From the human T2T-CHM13v2.0 reference genome, Homo sapiens, in assembly GCA_009914755.4 (NCBI GenBank), contig CP086569.2, positions 16,224,001 to 16,288,000 on the forward strand: DNA of 64,000 bases, given 5' to 3'. The stretch's first letter is position 1, and every line of letters begins with the position of its first letter. Shown here one piece after another: positions 18,621-31,388 of the stretch. A program made the translations under genes and the position numbers. The notes below the pieces were generated by a model that did no database searches, had not been told where the DNA came from, and saw only the letters and a program-made list of their open reading frames with translations.

Positions 18621-18919
18621 TTTATTTTTCTTTTGAGACAGTGTCTCGCTCTGTCACTCATGCTGGAGAGCAGCGACATGATCTCGGCTCACTGCAACTT
18701 CTGCCTCCCAGACTGGTGATTCTCCCACCTTAAGGTGCATGTCTCCCACCTTCTGAGTAGCTGAGACTACAGGCATGCACCATGATGCCTGCAATATTTG
18801 TTATTATTGTAGAGACATGGTTTTGCTGTGTTGCCCAAGCTGGTCTTAACTCCTGAACTCAAGTGATCCTCCCACCCTGGCCTCTCAAAATGTTGAGATT
18901 ACAGGCATGAACCACCACC
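18621..18919 (-). mobile_element. Alu SINE (minus strand, older subfamily)
   Basis: ttttgagacagtgtctcgctctgtcactcatgctggagagcagcgacatgatctcggctcactgcaac…gttgagattacaggcatgaaccaccacc. Confidence 0.85.
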
Positions 18920-21900
18920 TGTAAGACTGTACTCTTAACAAGGTGATAGCATAATAGTTTGGGGTGTGAGTCAAAATGTCTAAAGGTTCATGAAATGAGT
19001 CCAGTCTACCTATTTATGTGGACTTAGACCTCCTTTATTAAGAAATATGCAGGTTTTCAGGGAAAAAATATAATCTACCACATCCCTTATTTATGAATGG
19101 TGAATATTACCTCACAACTTCAATCCTGGTATTCCAAAAAAAAAGAAAAAAGAAAAAAGATACCAAATATACACAAAACTTAAGCTGGTGAAATTAGTCT
19201 ACTCTACCTATTTGTGAACTTTAACATAACTCGCTTGAAAGCTGAACAGAAAAACAAAAAAAAATAATAATTTTTTAAAACCCTGAAATTCAGCTCCTAA
19301 AACAAGATTAACATAACAGAAAAATGAAAACACGCAAAGTAGTGATGGCTAGGCTTTAAAAAATTTATTTCTGATTTATGGTTTTACTTGTAATAAATAT
19401 CAACCATACAAGTGATACATAAGCAATGCCATAATTTTTGTTTTGCAACAAAGATGGCATTTTTATGCCTTGGAACAGAGAACCCTAGGGTGCCTTCCAG
19501 CTTGGTCTCTCAAGTCCCCACCAGCCAAGGAGTGGCTCACACTCACAAGTCTCAGGGCCTGGCATTAGGCCCAAGGAGGCTCTCTACCCACAGGTCTCTG
19601 GGCTTCAGAGGATGTGCTGGCAGAGGCAGCACCCTCAGGCAGGTGCTTTCACTCAGTGAGTGCTCGTTAGATTGAAGGTGGATCCTGGGGGACTTCTGAC
19701 AATGGTCTTATAATTGCTTTAATTAATTTATTTATTTTTAATTTATTGTACGTTGCATTCTCAGATGCATGTGCAGAACGTACAGGTTTGTTATATAAGT
19801 ATACATGTGCCACGGTGGTTTGCTGCACCCATCAACCATGATCTACATTAAGTATTTCTCCTAATGCTATCCTTCCCCTAGCCCCCAACCCTTGACAGAA
19901 CCCAGTGTGTGATGTTCCCCTCCCTGTGCCCAGGTGTTCTCATTGTTCAGCTCCCACTTATGAGTGAGAACATACAGTGTTTGGTCTTCTGCTCTCGTAT
20001 TAGTTTGCTGAGAATGATGGTTTCCAGCTTCATGATGTCCCTGCAAGGGACATGAAGGACATGAACTCATTCTTTTTTCATGGCTGTATAGTATTCCATG
20101 GTATATATGTTCCACATTTTCTTAATCCAGTCTATCATTGATGGACATTTGGGTTGGTTCAAGTCTTTGCTATTGTGAACAGTGCCACAATAAACATATG
20201 TGTGCATGTCTGTTTATAGTAGAATGATTTATAATCCTTTGGGTATGTACCCAGTAATGGGATTGCTGGGTGAAATGGTATTTCCAGTTCTAGATCCTTA
20301 AGGAATTGCCACACTGTCTTCCACAATAGTTGAACTAATTTACACTCCCACCAGCAGTGTAAAAGTATTCCTGTTTCTTCACATTCTCTACAGCATCTGT
20401 TGTTTCCTTGCTTTTTAATGATCACCATTCTAACTGGCATGAGATGGTATCTTATTGTGGTTTTGATTTGCATTTCTATAATGACCAGTAATGATGAGCT
20501 TTTTTTTCAATGTTTGTTGGCCACATAAATGTCTTCTTTGAGAAGTGTCTGTTCATATCCTTTGCCCACTTTTTGATGCGGTTGTTTGATTTTAATCCTG
20601 TAAACTTGTTTAAATTATCTGTAGATTCTGAATATTAGAACTTTGTCAGATGGATAGATTGCAAAAATTATTTCCCATTTTGTAGGTTGCCTTACAACTC
20701 TGATGGGAGTTTCTTTTGCTGTGCAGAAGCCTTTTAGTTTAATTACATCCCAACTGTCAATTTTGCATTTTCGTGCCAGTGCTTTTGGTGTTTTAGTCAT
20801 GAGGTCTTTGCCCATGCCTATGTCCTGAATGGTACTGCCTAGGTTTTTTTCTAAAGTTTCATGGGTTAAGGTCTTACATTTAAGTCTTTAATCCATCTTG
20901 AGTTAATTTTTGTATAAGGTGTAAGAAAGGGGTGCAGTTTCGGTTTTCTGCATAGAGCTAGCCGATTTTCCTAACACCATTTATTAAATAGGGAATCCTT
21001 TCCCCATTGTTGTTTTCATCAGGTTTGTCAAAGATCAGATGATTGTAGATGTGTGGTGTTATTTCTGAGGCATCTGTTCTGTTCCATTGGCCTATATATC
21101 TATTTTGGTACCAGTACCATGCTGTTTTGGTTAATGTAGACTAGTATTGTGATTTAAAGTCAGGTAGCATGATCCCCGCAGCTTTGTTCTTTTTGCTTAG
21201 GATTGCCTTGTCTATACCAGCTCTTTTTTGGTTCCCTGTGAAATTTAAAGTAGTTTTCTTTCTAAATCTGTGAAGAAAGTCAACAGTAGCCTGATGGGTA
21301 TAGCATTGAATCCACAAATTACTTTGGGCAGCATGGCCATTTTCATGACATTGATACTTCCTATCCATGAGCATGGAATGTTTTTCCATTATGTGGTCTT
21401 CTTTTATTTCATTGAGCAGTGGTTTGTAGTTCTCCTTGAAGAGGTCCTTCACATCTCTTGCAGGTTGTTCTCCTAGGTATTTTATTCTCTTTGTTGCAAC
21501 TGTGAATAGGCATTCACTCATGATTTGGCTCTCTCTTTGTCTATTACTGGTGTATAGGAATGATTGTGATTTTTGCACATTGATTTTGTATCCTGAGGCT
21601 TGGCTGAAGTTGCTTATCAGCTTAAGATTTGTTGGTGAGACAATGGGGTTTTCTAAATATACAATCATGTCATTGGCAAACAAAGACAATTTGACTTTCT
21701 CTGTCTGTATTTGACTACATTTCATTTCTTTCTCTTGCCTGATTGCCCTGGCCAGAACTTCCAATACTGTGTGGAATAGGAGTGGTGAGAGTGGGCATCC
21801 TTATCTTGTGCTAGTTTTCAAAGGGAATGCTTCCAGTTTTTGCCCATTCAGTATTGCATTGGCTGTGGGTTTGTTATAAATAGCGCTTATTATTTTGAGA

Positions 21901-24450
21901 TGTATTCCATCAATGCCTAGTTTATTGAGATGTTTTAGCATGCATAGGTGTTGAATTTTATCGAAGGCCTTTTCTACATCTATTGAGATAATCATGTGGT
22001 TTTTGTCATTTATTCTGTTTATGTGATGGATTATGTTTATTGATTTGCATAGGTTGAACCAGCCTTGCATCTCAGGGATGAAGCCAACTTGATCCTGGTG
22101 GATAAGCTTTTTAACATGCTTCTGGATTTGGTTTGCCAGGATTTTATTGAGGATTTTCCCATCGGTGTTCATCAGGCAAATCGGGCTGAAATTTTATTTT
22201 TTTGTTGTGTCTCTGCCAGGTTTTCATATCAGGATAATGTTGGACTTATAAAATGAGTTAGGGAGGAGTCCCTCTTTTTCTATTCCTTGGAGTAGTTTCA
22301 GAAGAAATGGTACCAACTCTTCTTTGTAACTCTGGTAGGACTTGGCTTTGAATTTGTCCAGTCCTGGACTTTTTTGGTTGGTAGTGTATTAGTTACTGCC
22401 TCAATTTTAGAACTTGTTACTGGTATATTCAGGCATTCAACTTCTTCCTGGTTTAGTCTTCAGAGGGTGTATGTGTCCAGGAATTTATCCGTTTCTTCTA
22501 GATTTTGAAGTTTATTTGCATAGAAGTGTTTGTAGTATTCTCTGCTGGTAGTTTTTATTTCTGTGGTAATATTGGTGATATCCCCTTTATCATTTTTATT
22601 GCATTTATTTGATTCTTCTCTCTTTTCTTCTTTATTAGTCTGGCTAGTGATATATCTATTTTGTTGACCTTTTCAAAAATCTAGCTCCTGGATTCACTGA
22701 TTTTCTTGAAAGGTTTTTCATTTCTCTGTCTCCTTCAGTTCTGCTCTGATCTTAGTTATTTCTTATCTTCTGCTAGCTTTTGGGTTTGTTTGCTGTTGCT
22801 TCTGTAGTTCTTTTAATTATGATGCTAGTGTGTCGATTTTGGATCATTCTTGCTTTCTCTTGCAGGCACCTAGTGCTATAAATTACCCCCTACACACTGC
22901 TTTCAATGTGTCCCAGAGATTCTGGTTAGGTTGTGTCTTTGTTCTCATTCGTTTCAAATAACTTCTTTATTTCTGCCTTAATGTCATTATTTACTCAGTA
23001 GTCACACAGTAGCAGGCTGTTCAGTTTCCTGTAGTTGTGCAGTTTTGAGTGAGTTTCTTCATCCTCGGTTCTAATTTGATTGCTCTGTGGTCTGATAGAC
23101 TGTTGGTTATGATTTCCGATCTTTTGCATTTGCTGAAGAGTGTTTTACTTCCAGTTATGTGTTGAATTTTAGAATCAGTTTGATGTGGTGCTGAGAATAA
23201 TGTATATTCTGTTGATTTGGTGTGGGGAGTTCTGTAGATATCTATTAGGTCCACTTGGTCCAGAGCTCAAGTCGTGGATATCTTTGTTAACTTTCTGTCT
23301 CGTTGATCTAATATTGACAGTGGGGTGTAAAAGTCTCCCACCATTAGTGCGTGGAGTCTAAATGTCTTTGTAGGTCTCTAAGAACTTGCTTTATGAGTCT
23401 GGGTGCTCCTGTATTTAGTGTTTATATATTTAGGATAGTTAGCTCTTCTTGTTGCATTGATCCCTTTACAATTAAGTAATGACCTTCTTTGTCTCTTGCT
23501 CTTTGTTGGTTTAAAGTCTGTTTTATCAGAGACTAAAATTGCACCCCCTGCTTTTTTTCTGCTTTCCACTTCCTTGGTAAATCTTCCTCCATCCCTTTAT
23601 TTTGAGCCTGTGTGTGTCTTTGTACGTGAGATGTGTCTCCTGAATACAGCCCACCAATGGGTCTTGAATCTTTATCTATTTACCAGTCTGTGTCTTTTAA
23701 TTAGGGCATTTAGCCCATTTACATTTAAGGTTAATATTGTTATATGTGAATTTGATCCTGTCATTATGATGCTAGCTTGTTGTTTTGCCCATTAGTTGAT
23801 GCAGTTTCTTCACAGTGTTGACAGACTCTACAATGTGGTATGCTTTTGTAGTGGCTGATACTGGTTTGTCTTTTACATGTTTAGTGCTTCATTCAGGAGA
23901 TCTTATAAGGCAGGCCTGGGGGTGACAAAAATCTCTCAGCATTTGCTTGTCTGTAAAGAATTTCATTTCTCCTTCACTTATGAAGCGTAGTTTGGCTGGG
24001 TATGAAATTCTGGGTTGAAAATTCTTTTCTTTAAATGTTGAATATTGGCCCCTACTCTCTTCTGGCTTGTAAGGTTTCTGCAGAGAGAACCACTGTTAGT
24101 CTGATGGACTCTTTTTTGTGGGTAACCTGACCTTTCTCTCTGGCTGCACTTAAATTTTTTTCCTTCATTTCAAACTTGGTCAATCTGATGATTATATGTT
24201 TTGGGATTGCTCTTCTTAAGGAGTATCTCTGTGGTGTTCTCTGTATTTCCTGAATTTGAATGTTGGCCTGACTTGCTAGGTTGGGGAATTTCTCCCAAAT
24301 AAAATCCTGAAATGTGTTTTCTAAGTTGGTTCCATTCCCCCCTCACTTTCAGGTACCCCAATCAAATGTAGGTTTTGTCTTCTCACATAGTCCCATAGTT
24401 CTTGGAGGCTTTATTCATTTCTTTTTACTCTTTTTTTTTCTCTATTGTTG

Positions 24451-24466
24451 TCTTTACACTTTATTT
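24451..24466. repeat. Target-site duplication (left copy) of the nested L1 insertion: tctttacactttattt
   Basis: 15 of 16 positions match the right copy, and both lie directly next to the insert ends. Confidence 0.75.
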
Positions 24467-25112
24467 TTTGTTTTGTTTTGTTTTTATTATATTATTGTTA
24501 TACTTTAAGTTTTAGGGTACATGTGCACAATGTGCAGGTTAGTTACATATGTATACATGTGCCATGCTGGTGTGCTGCACCCATTAACTCCTCATTTAGC
24601 ATTAGGTATATCTTCTAATGCTATCCCTTCCCCCTCCCCCACCCCACAACAGTCCCCAGAATGTGATATTCCCCTTCCTGTGTCCATGTGTTCTCATTGT
24701 TCAATTCCCACCTATGAGTGAGAATATGCGGTGTTTGGTTTTTTGTCCTTGTGATAGTTTACTGAGAATGATGATTTCCAATTTCATCCATGTCCCTGCA
24801 AAGGACATGAACTCATCATTTTTTATGGCTGCATAGTATTCCATGGTGTATATGTGCCACATTTTCTTAATCCAGTCTATCATTGTTGGACATTTGGGTT
24901 GGTTCTAAGTCTTTGCTATTGTGAATAGTGCCGCAATAAACATACGTGTGCATGTGTCTTTATAGCAGCATGATTTATAATCCTTTGGGTATATACCCAG
25001 TAATGGGATGGCTGGGTCAAATGGTATTTCTAGTTCTAGATCCCTGAGGAATTGCCACATGGACTCCCACTGTGGTTGACCTAGTTTACAGTCCCACCAA
25101 CAGTGTAAAAGG
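24467..25112 (-). mobile_element. Nested 5'-truncated L1 3' fragment (~646 bp: poly-A tail, 3'UTR, end of ORF2) inserted into the ORF1 region of the host L1
   Basis: A second copy of the L1 3' end (ttttgttttgttttgtttttattatattattgttatactttaagttttagggtacatgtgcacaatgtgcaggttagttacatatgtatacatgtgccatgctggtg…cagtcccaccaacagtgtaaaag) sits between host-L1 sequences that are contiguous in the L1 consensus. It is flanked by 16-bp direct repeats. Confidence 0.85.
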
Positions 25113-25128
25113 TCTTTATACTTTATTT
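25113..25128. repeat. Target-site duplication (right copy) of the nested L1 insertion: tctttatactttattt
   Basis: See the left copy. Confidence 0.75.
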
Positions 25129-25539
25129 CATTAAGTTGATCTTCAATCTCTGATATCCTTTCTTCTGCTTGATCAATTCAGCTGTTTTTTGTGTATGCTT
25201 CACGAACTTCTCCACTATGTTTTTGGCTCCATCAGATCATTTATGTTCTTCTCTAAACTGGGTATTCTAGTTAGCAATTTCTATAACCTTTTTTTCTAGG
25301 TTCTTAGCTTCCTCACATTGGGTTAGAACATGTTCCTTAGCACAGAGGAATTTATTACCCACTTTCTGAAGCCTACTTCTGTCAGTTCATCAAACTCATT
25401 CTCTGTCCAGTTTTGTTCCCTCGCTGGTGAGGAGTTGTGATCCTTTGGAGAAGAAGTGGTGCTCTGGTTTTTGGAATTTTCATCCTTTTTGTGCTGGCTT
25501 TTCTCATCTTCCTGGATTTATCTACCTTTGGTCTTTGAT

Positions 25540-26849
25540 TTTGGTGGCTCCTTTGGATTGGGTTTTTGAGTGGATGTCCTTTTTGTTGATGTTGATGCTA
25601 TTGTTGTCTGTTTGTTAGTTTTCCTTCTAACAGACAGTCCCCACTGCTGCAGGTCTGCTGGAGTTTGCTGGAGGTCCATTCCAGACCATGTTTGCCTGGG
25701 TATCACCAGCGGAGGCTGCAGAACAGCAAAAATCGCTGCCTGCTCCTTCCTCTGAATGCTTCATCTCAGAGGGGCACCTGCCAATGCCAGCTGGAGATCT
25801 TCTGTATGAGGTGTCTGTTGACCCTTGCTGGGAGGTGTGTCCCCATCAGGAGGCACTGGGGTGAGGCACCCACTTGAGGAGGCAGTCTGTCCCCTAGTAG
25901 AGCTCAAACACTGCTGGGACATCTGCTGCTCTCTTCAGAGCTGGCAGGCAGGGACATTTAAGTTGGCTGAAGGTGCATCCACAGCCATCCCTTCTCCCAG
26001 GTGCTCAGTCCCAGCGAGTTGGGGGTTTTATCTATAAGCCCCTGCCTGGGGCTGCTGCCTTTCTTTCAGAAATGCCCTGCTCAGAGAGGAGGAATCTAGA
26101 GAGGCAGTCTGACTGCCGTGGCTTTGCTGAGCTGCGGTGGGTTCCACCCAGTTTGAACTTCCCAGTGGCTTTGTTTACATTGTGAGGGTAAAACTGCCTA
26201 CTCAAGCCTCACAGATGGCCAACGCCCCTCCCCCCACCAAGCGCAAGTGTTCAAGGTCAACTTGAGACTGCTGTGTTAGTAATGAGAATTTTAAGCCAGT
26301 GGATCTTAGTTTGCTGGGCTCCATGGGGATGGGATCTACTGAGCTAGAGCACTTGGCTCCCTGATTTCAGCCCCTTTTCCAGGGGAGTGAGTGGTTCTGT
26401 CTTGCTGGCATTTCAAGTGCCACTGAGGTTATGAAAAATAACTCCTGCTGCTAGCACAGTGTCTGCCCAAATGGATGCCCAATTTTGTGCTTTAAATCAA
26501 GGGCCCCAGTGGCATAGGCACTCAAGGGAATCTTCTGGTCTGTGGGTTACTAAGACTGTGGGAAAAGCATAGCATCTCAGCTGGAGTGCACTATTCCTCA
26601 CAGCACAGTCTCTCACAGCTTCCCTTGACTAGGGTAGGGAGTTCCTCAACCCCTTGCATTTCCTGGGTGACGCGATGCCCCACCCTGCTTCTGCTCACCC
26701 TTTGTGGGCTGCACTCACTGTGTAACTAGTCCCAGTGAGACGAGCTGGGTATATCAGTTGGAAATGCAGAAATCATTTGCCTTCTGTATTGATCTCGCTG
26801 GGAGCTGCAGACTGGATCTCTTTATATTTGGCCATCTTGACACCACCCC
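25540..26849 (-). promoter_or_regulatory. L1 5'UTR (internal RNA polymerase II promoter region of the L1PA family) with the terminal YY1 box retained
   Basis: Sequence identity to the L1PA 5'UTR and the ggccatcttg motif at 26830-26839. Promoter activity is not testable from sequence, and the corresponding antisense ORF0 frame is truncated (MANAPPPTKRKCSRST*). Confidence 0.4.
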
Positions 26850-27754
26850 ATTTTGCACAATTGCTTTATTTTTTTTAGAACAAAATGATACATAAATAAC
26901 CTAGAAAATATTCTCAGTAAAAACTTGATTCTTTAATGTCAGCTTTGTTGGAAAATTTCTCTTACTAAGATGGGAATTATATTTAACAAAACTAATAACC
27001 CTTTGATCCTATTTGTTTTTGACTAGTTTCCTATTACTACTATTACTGCACCTAATTAATCTGGTGACAGCTATGGCATACTAAATTCCCTAAGGCAATT
27101 AACTAAGAGATTCAGAAATCTCTTCAGTGATTGCTGATTTAATGGAATGCCCTTGAACTCTGGAGGGATGCTGCCCCTGTGAGTTCACACCCACACTGTG
27201 GCCAAGAGGAAGCAGCAGGGCCTGACTTAAGAATTCCAAGATCGTCCATGAGCCTCCTGGCCACTGCCTCCTGTATTCCTGACTCAAACACCAAGTACAA
27301 AACCAGGGCTGCTTTTCTGGCAGGAGCTTGCGAAAATCTTCCTTAATATTACAATATGCACATCACAAGAGGAAAATCCACAAGGTCTCACTGTCTCTAA
27401 GAAAGAAGATGAGAGGAAACATTTCATTTCTGCAAGAGAAATACATCTGTAAGTAAACACAGATAACATTAACGATAATGTTTAAAACTTTCTAAGAGCT
27501 AAATGACTTTTAAAAATGCAATTGCTCATTTTTCTATGACAAGTCTAAACAAACATTGTCAGTGAGAACACCAAGATGTTAAAACAGTTCATTCCATGGT
27601 CCTTTTTTTTGCAGGGTACCTTGTGAGAGACATTCCTGTTCATGAGGGCCCTTGCTTTGTGGGTTTCACCATAACTGGTCCCATGCAAAGGCAGCATGTG
27701 TTTTCCACATACACTTTGCTTCTACATACATTTTAAAACATGGCTAATGTTTTG

Positions 27755-28050
27755 TGAATACAGGGTCTGGCTGTGTTGCCCTAGCTGGTCTCAAACTCCA
27801 GGGTCTTAGCATCCTTCTGCCCTCAGGATCACAAACTGCTGGGGTTACAGGTGTGAGCTCCCACACCTGGCTGTGCATGGTGGTGTGTGCCTGTGGTCCC
27901 AGCTACTCAGGAGACAGAGGCAAAAGGATTGCTGAACCCCAGGAGTTGGAGGCTGCAGTGATCTATGATTGTGCCACTACTGCCTATGGCCTGGGCAACA
28001 AAGTGGGACCCTATCTGAAAAACAAAATGAAAACCAAAAAAACCCCACAT
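27755..28050. mobile_element. Composite of Alu-derived fragments: a minus-strand Alu piece (27755-27867) abutting a plus-strand Alu right-monomer with A-rich tail (27868-28050)
   Basis: gggtctggctgtgttgccctagctggtctcaaactcc…ggggttacaggtgtgagc followed by ggctgtgcatggtggtgtgtgcctgtggtcccagctactcaggagacagaggcaaaaggattgctgaaccccaggagttggaggctgcagtg…aaaaccaaaaaaa. Confidence 0.75.
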
Positions 28051-28892
28051 AGATCACCATGTTTCCATTAACACAGTGCATTGCAAAACAAGGACTGCCT
28101 GTACTTGAAATTTAGTTTAATTGCCTTAGTTATAGGAACAGCTCATGTTACAAAGGCAAATATTTTACCTCGTCTTTATCAGTTCATAAGTACAGCGCTG
28201 AATGCAAGTGCCAACATACTGTGATCAACTCTGGGACCTCCTGTATGGAATGCACCACCTTCATTTTTCTAGGAACCATAATTCAGGTTAAACAACAACA
28301 AAAAAAATGGTGTTTCTGAGAGGAAGGCTTTACAGCCTTCTGAGAGGAAGCTATGGGATAAGTCTTTCATGAGGAGAAATTCGTAGGAAAAACGAACATG
28401 TTACAGTGGAATTTGTAACAGGATGCCAAGCATGGAGACATACACATGTCCAGACATAAAAAGCAGATACATGTTCCCACTGGGAACTGTTCCAGCTGCA
28501 CCTGGAGGCTCATTCCAGCTGCACCTGGAGGCTCAGACTTGACTCTCTGATTTACTAGCTAAGAGGTCTCAGGCACATCCCACATCAAGCAATTGCAGTC
28601 AAGTTGAATTCAATAATGAGACTTAAATCAAGAATGAAATTTAAATCAGCCCAGGTATATGTGTTGCTAAGAATGTCCCACTCTCTTTCAATGACTGTTT
28701 ATAGCTGTGGTATCATAAAAACTACACACTCAATTTTTGTCCTTAGTTCATGACACAGAGCTCCTAAACCACTTGGAATTTCCAAATGATTAATGAGCCA
28801 TTTTCAACCAAATGAGGTGCCTCTTGTGGGCCCAGGATAGCTTAACGACAGGGTCTAGAGGTCAGAAAGACCAAACATGTGATTAAAATATT

Positions 28893-29187
28893 GGAGCCAG
28901 GTGCAGTGGCTCACACTTGTAATCTCAGCACTTTGGGAGGCCAACGGGGTTGGATCACCTGAGGGCAGTTTCAGACCAGCCTGGTCAATATGACAAGACC
29001 ATCTTTACTAAAAATACAAAAATTATGCGGGCGTGGTGGTGGGTGTCTGTAATCCCAGTTACTCAGGAGGCTGGGGGCAGAAGAATCACTTGAACCCAGG
29101 AGGCGGAAGTTGCCGTGAGCCAAGATTGCAGGACTGCACTCCAGCCTGGGTGACAGAACAAGACTCCAACTCAAAATAAACAAACAA
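28893..29187 (+). mobile_element. Alu SINE (plus strand) with a (CAAA)n-type tail
   Basis: ggagccaggtgcagtggctcacacttgtaatctcagcactttgggaggcc…cactccagcctgggtgacagaacaagactccaactcaaaataaacaaacaaacaaacaaaa. Confidence 0.9.
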
Positions 29188-29569
29188 ACAAACAAAATTG
29201 GAACTTTCAGCCCTCTCCCCATCTCCAGGAAGGGAGTGGTGGCATGGACTGACTTCAAAGAGCCATGGTTAGTGAAGGCATCACTAACGCCTATGTAAAA
29301 ACTTCCATAAAAACCCATACATTAGGAGGCTGGGGAGCTTTGAGTTTGGTGAGCACACGGAGGTGCTGGGAGGGTCAGGTACCCAGAGAGGGCAGGGGAG
29401 CACTGTACCCACATGCTGTGGGTACAGCCCATGCTTTGCTTCCATTTGGCTGTCTCTGAGTTGTATCCTTCATAACAAACCAGCAAGTGTATCAAAGTGT
29501 TTTCCTGAGCTCTATCAGTCACATTAGGGGATTATCAGATCGGAAAAGAGGGTTGCAGGAACCCCTGAA

Positions 29570-29868
<299 letters not shown>

Positions 29869-30121
29869 AAGAGCCCCCAATTTGTAGCCAGTCAATCAGA
29901 AGTACAGGTAGGAGGCCCCTGGAATGTGTGATGGGCATCTTCATTGGGTGTCTTGGGGGACTGAGGAGTTAACCTGTGTGGTCTGGGCTGAACCTAGGTG
30001 TCAGTGTCAGAATTGAAGTGAATTGTTGGATACCAAATTGGCTTCAGAGAATGAGAGGTCTGCATACTGAGGCACATGTTCTGGCTGCCTCTATAGGTTT
30101 GAGGTACTAAGTTGGACGCTA

Positions 30122-30150
30122 GGCAAAAAAAAAAAAAAAAAAAAAAAAAG
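30122..30150 (+). repeat. Poly-A tract (28 A) ending an unclassified non-Alu retroposed segment
   Basis: …ggtactaagttggacgctaggc(a)28gtcaaaactcc. The upstream sequence is not Alu. Confidence 0.7.
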
Positions 30151-31187
30151 TCAAAACTCCAGGTCTTCCAAGACTACTCCAGTAGCTCAGTTTTATTGGG
30201 AAGGAGGTTTCTGAGTAATTTCCCTGAGCTTGTGATTGGTGTCAGTGGTTAGCAGTGAGAGGTGCGGTATTAAAAAGACCATTCACCAAAATGTTCCTCC
30301 ACACAAATCACTGAAGTCCTTACACGCAGGCACCCAAGGGAAAGAGGCATTTGCAGGGACTCCCTGATGGACACCCTCCCCAGCTGCTTACACTAATATC
30401 AACAGAAAAGCTCCTCTTTCAAGGGTGCCCTGCTGTGATTCTAGAATGTATATCTGCAAATCGTTCAGGCCAAGGACTCCATGTCAGCAGTAATAGAGCT
30501 GTCAGAGGAATCTGGAGCCAGGCCCGGCCGGCCACCATGAGCGGTTAGCTCTCTAAACCCTCTGCCCAAGTCACCTGTGGAGGAGACTCATATAACAAGA
30601 GGGAACCAAGGGCTGAGGTGCAGGACAGGAGGTGTTATGGAATACAAGCCCACCAGCTGCCCTTTCCAATGGAGAAATAGATGGAAGCGCAAAAAACCCA
30701 GCTGGCCATAAAAACTCAATGTCACTACACAAGAAAAATTCTTCAGCAACCGATGAGAACTCTATAAGCAGTTGGGGAGGGGAAGTGAGTTTTAGTGATT
30801 TACATCTGAACTGCAGTGAATACTCACCTTAAAGCCTGCATCTAGACAATAAGACTGTTTTAAGCCCCACATCATTAAAACCACTGCTTCCCTGGAAAAT
30901 GTCTGAATAGGCCTTTTCCTGTCACTGTAATCTTACCAGCCTGTCCCTGAGACCCAGTGGATTCTGGCTGAGTCTCCCTGGCCTAGAGACTTAGGTGTGG
31001 CCACGATTCCTCACAAAATCTTCCAACCAGACCATCTCCCTGCCCACATACCCAAATTCTAAGGAGCACTGCAAAGTGGCCTTCAATAGCACAAATTACA
31101 GCTTTTCACATTTGGTAAACACTACGTGGATATTATGTGGGGTAACATGGTTGTGGAACACGGCCCATGTCACTGGCACCCTCTTAC

Positions 31188-31388
31188 CTTCTCCACGGCA
31201 GGAGTGGGAGAGAACCTCTTGGCGCAAGCTAGGAAGATGTCGGGGTCTGGCTTGCCACGCTGCACTTTGGGGTCATCTCCCAGCACAGTCTGGGAAAACA
31301 AGCTGAAGATCTCCTTGTGGCGGCTTGTCTTCATCTCAAACGATGCAGACTTCAACCTGGTGGCCAGCGCAAAGGGGATGCCTTTTTT
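31188..31388 (-). CDS. PUDP: Exon-like 201-nt open frame (67 codons, phase 0 at both ends) homologous to pseudouridine-5'-phosphatase (PUDP, also called HDHD1A, HAD-like hydrolase). It could be a genuine exon of an ortholog or paralog, or an unprocessed pseudogene copy.
   Basis: The minus-strand translation is [67 protein letters not shown]. Human PUDP, as recalled, reads …[67 protein letters not shown]…, which gives about 85% identity across the HAD motif region (K…GKPDPD). The frame ends exactly at a consensus donor, GAGAAG|gtaagagg (GT at 31187-31186). Upstream there is a candidate acceptor, ttgtcag|AAAAAAGGC (exon start 31388). An alternative acceptor, ccttccctccatctccccag|GAG at 31410, would bring in an in-frame TGA. 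Similarity is lost beyond both boundaries, which suggests an intron-containing rather than a processed copy. Confidence 0.5.

Larger units (their letters stand above)
19700..26849 (-). mobile_element. Full-length LINE-1 (L1PA-type) on the minus strand. Order of parts: 3'UTR at ~19700, ORF2, ORF1, 5'UTR ending at 26849 with the YY1 box preserved (ggccatcttg, 26830-26839). It is interrupted at 24467-25112 by a nested L1 3' fragment.
   Basis: 19740-21000 is the reverse complement of the L1 3'UTR and ORF2 end. The ORF2 fragments 21141-21764, 21801-22172 and 23021-23254 (minus) carry RT and endonuclease motifs. 25540-26849 is the reverse complement of the L1PA 5'UTR (…ggagctgcagactggatctctttatatttggccatcttgacaccacccc). 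There are many stops and frameshifts, so the element is inactive. Confidence 0.9.

Noticed and set aside
21141-21764. 207-codon minus-strand ORF ([40 protein letters not shown]…)
   Set aside because: This is a fragment of L1 ORF2 (reverse-transcriptase C-terminal region) inside L1 #2, interrupted on both sides. It is part of the mobile element.
28520-28575. Possible MIR SINE cores (…ctctctgatttactagctaagaggtctcaggc…); a second candidate at 38585-38640 (…ggctggcacatgctgggccctcaataaatatgactgat…)
   Set aside because: Only ~50-bp partial resemblances to the MIR consensus. They are too short and diverged to call by eye.
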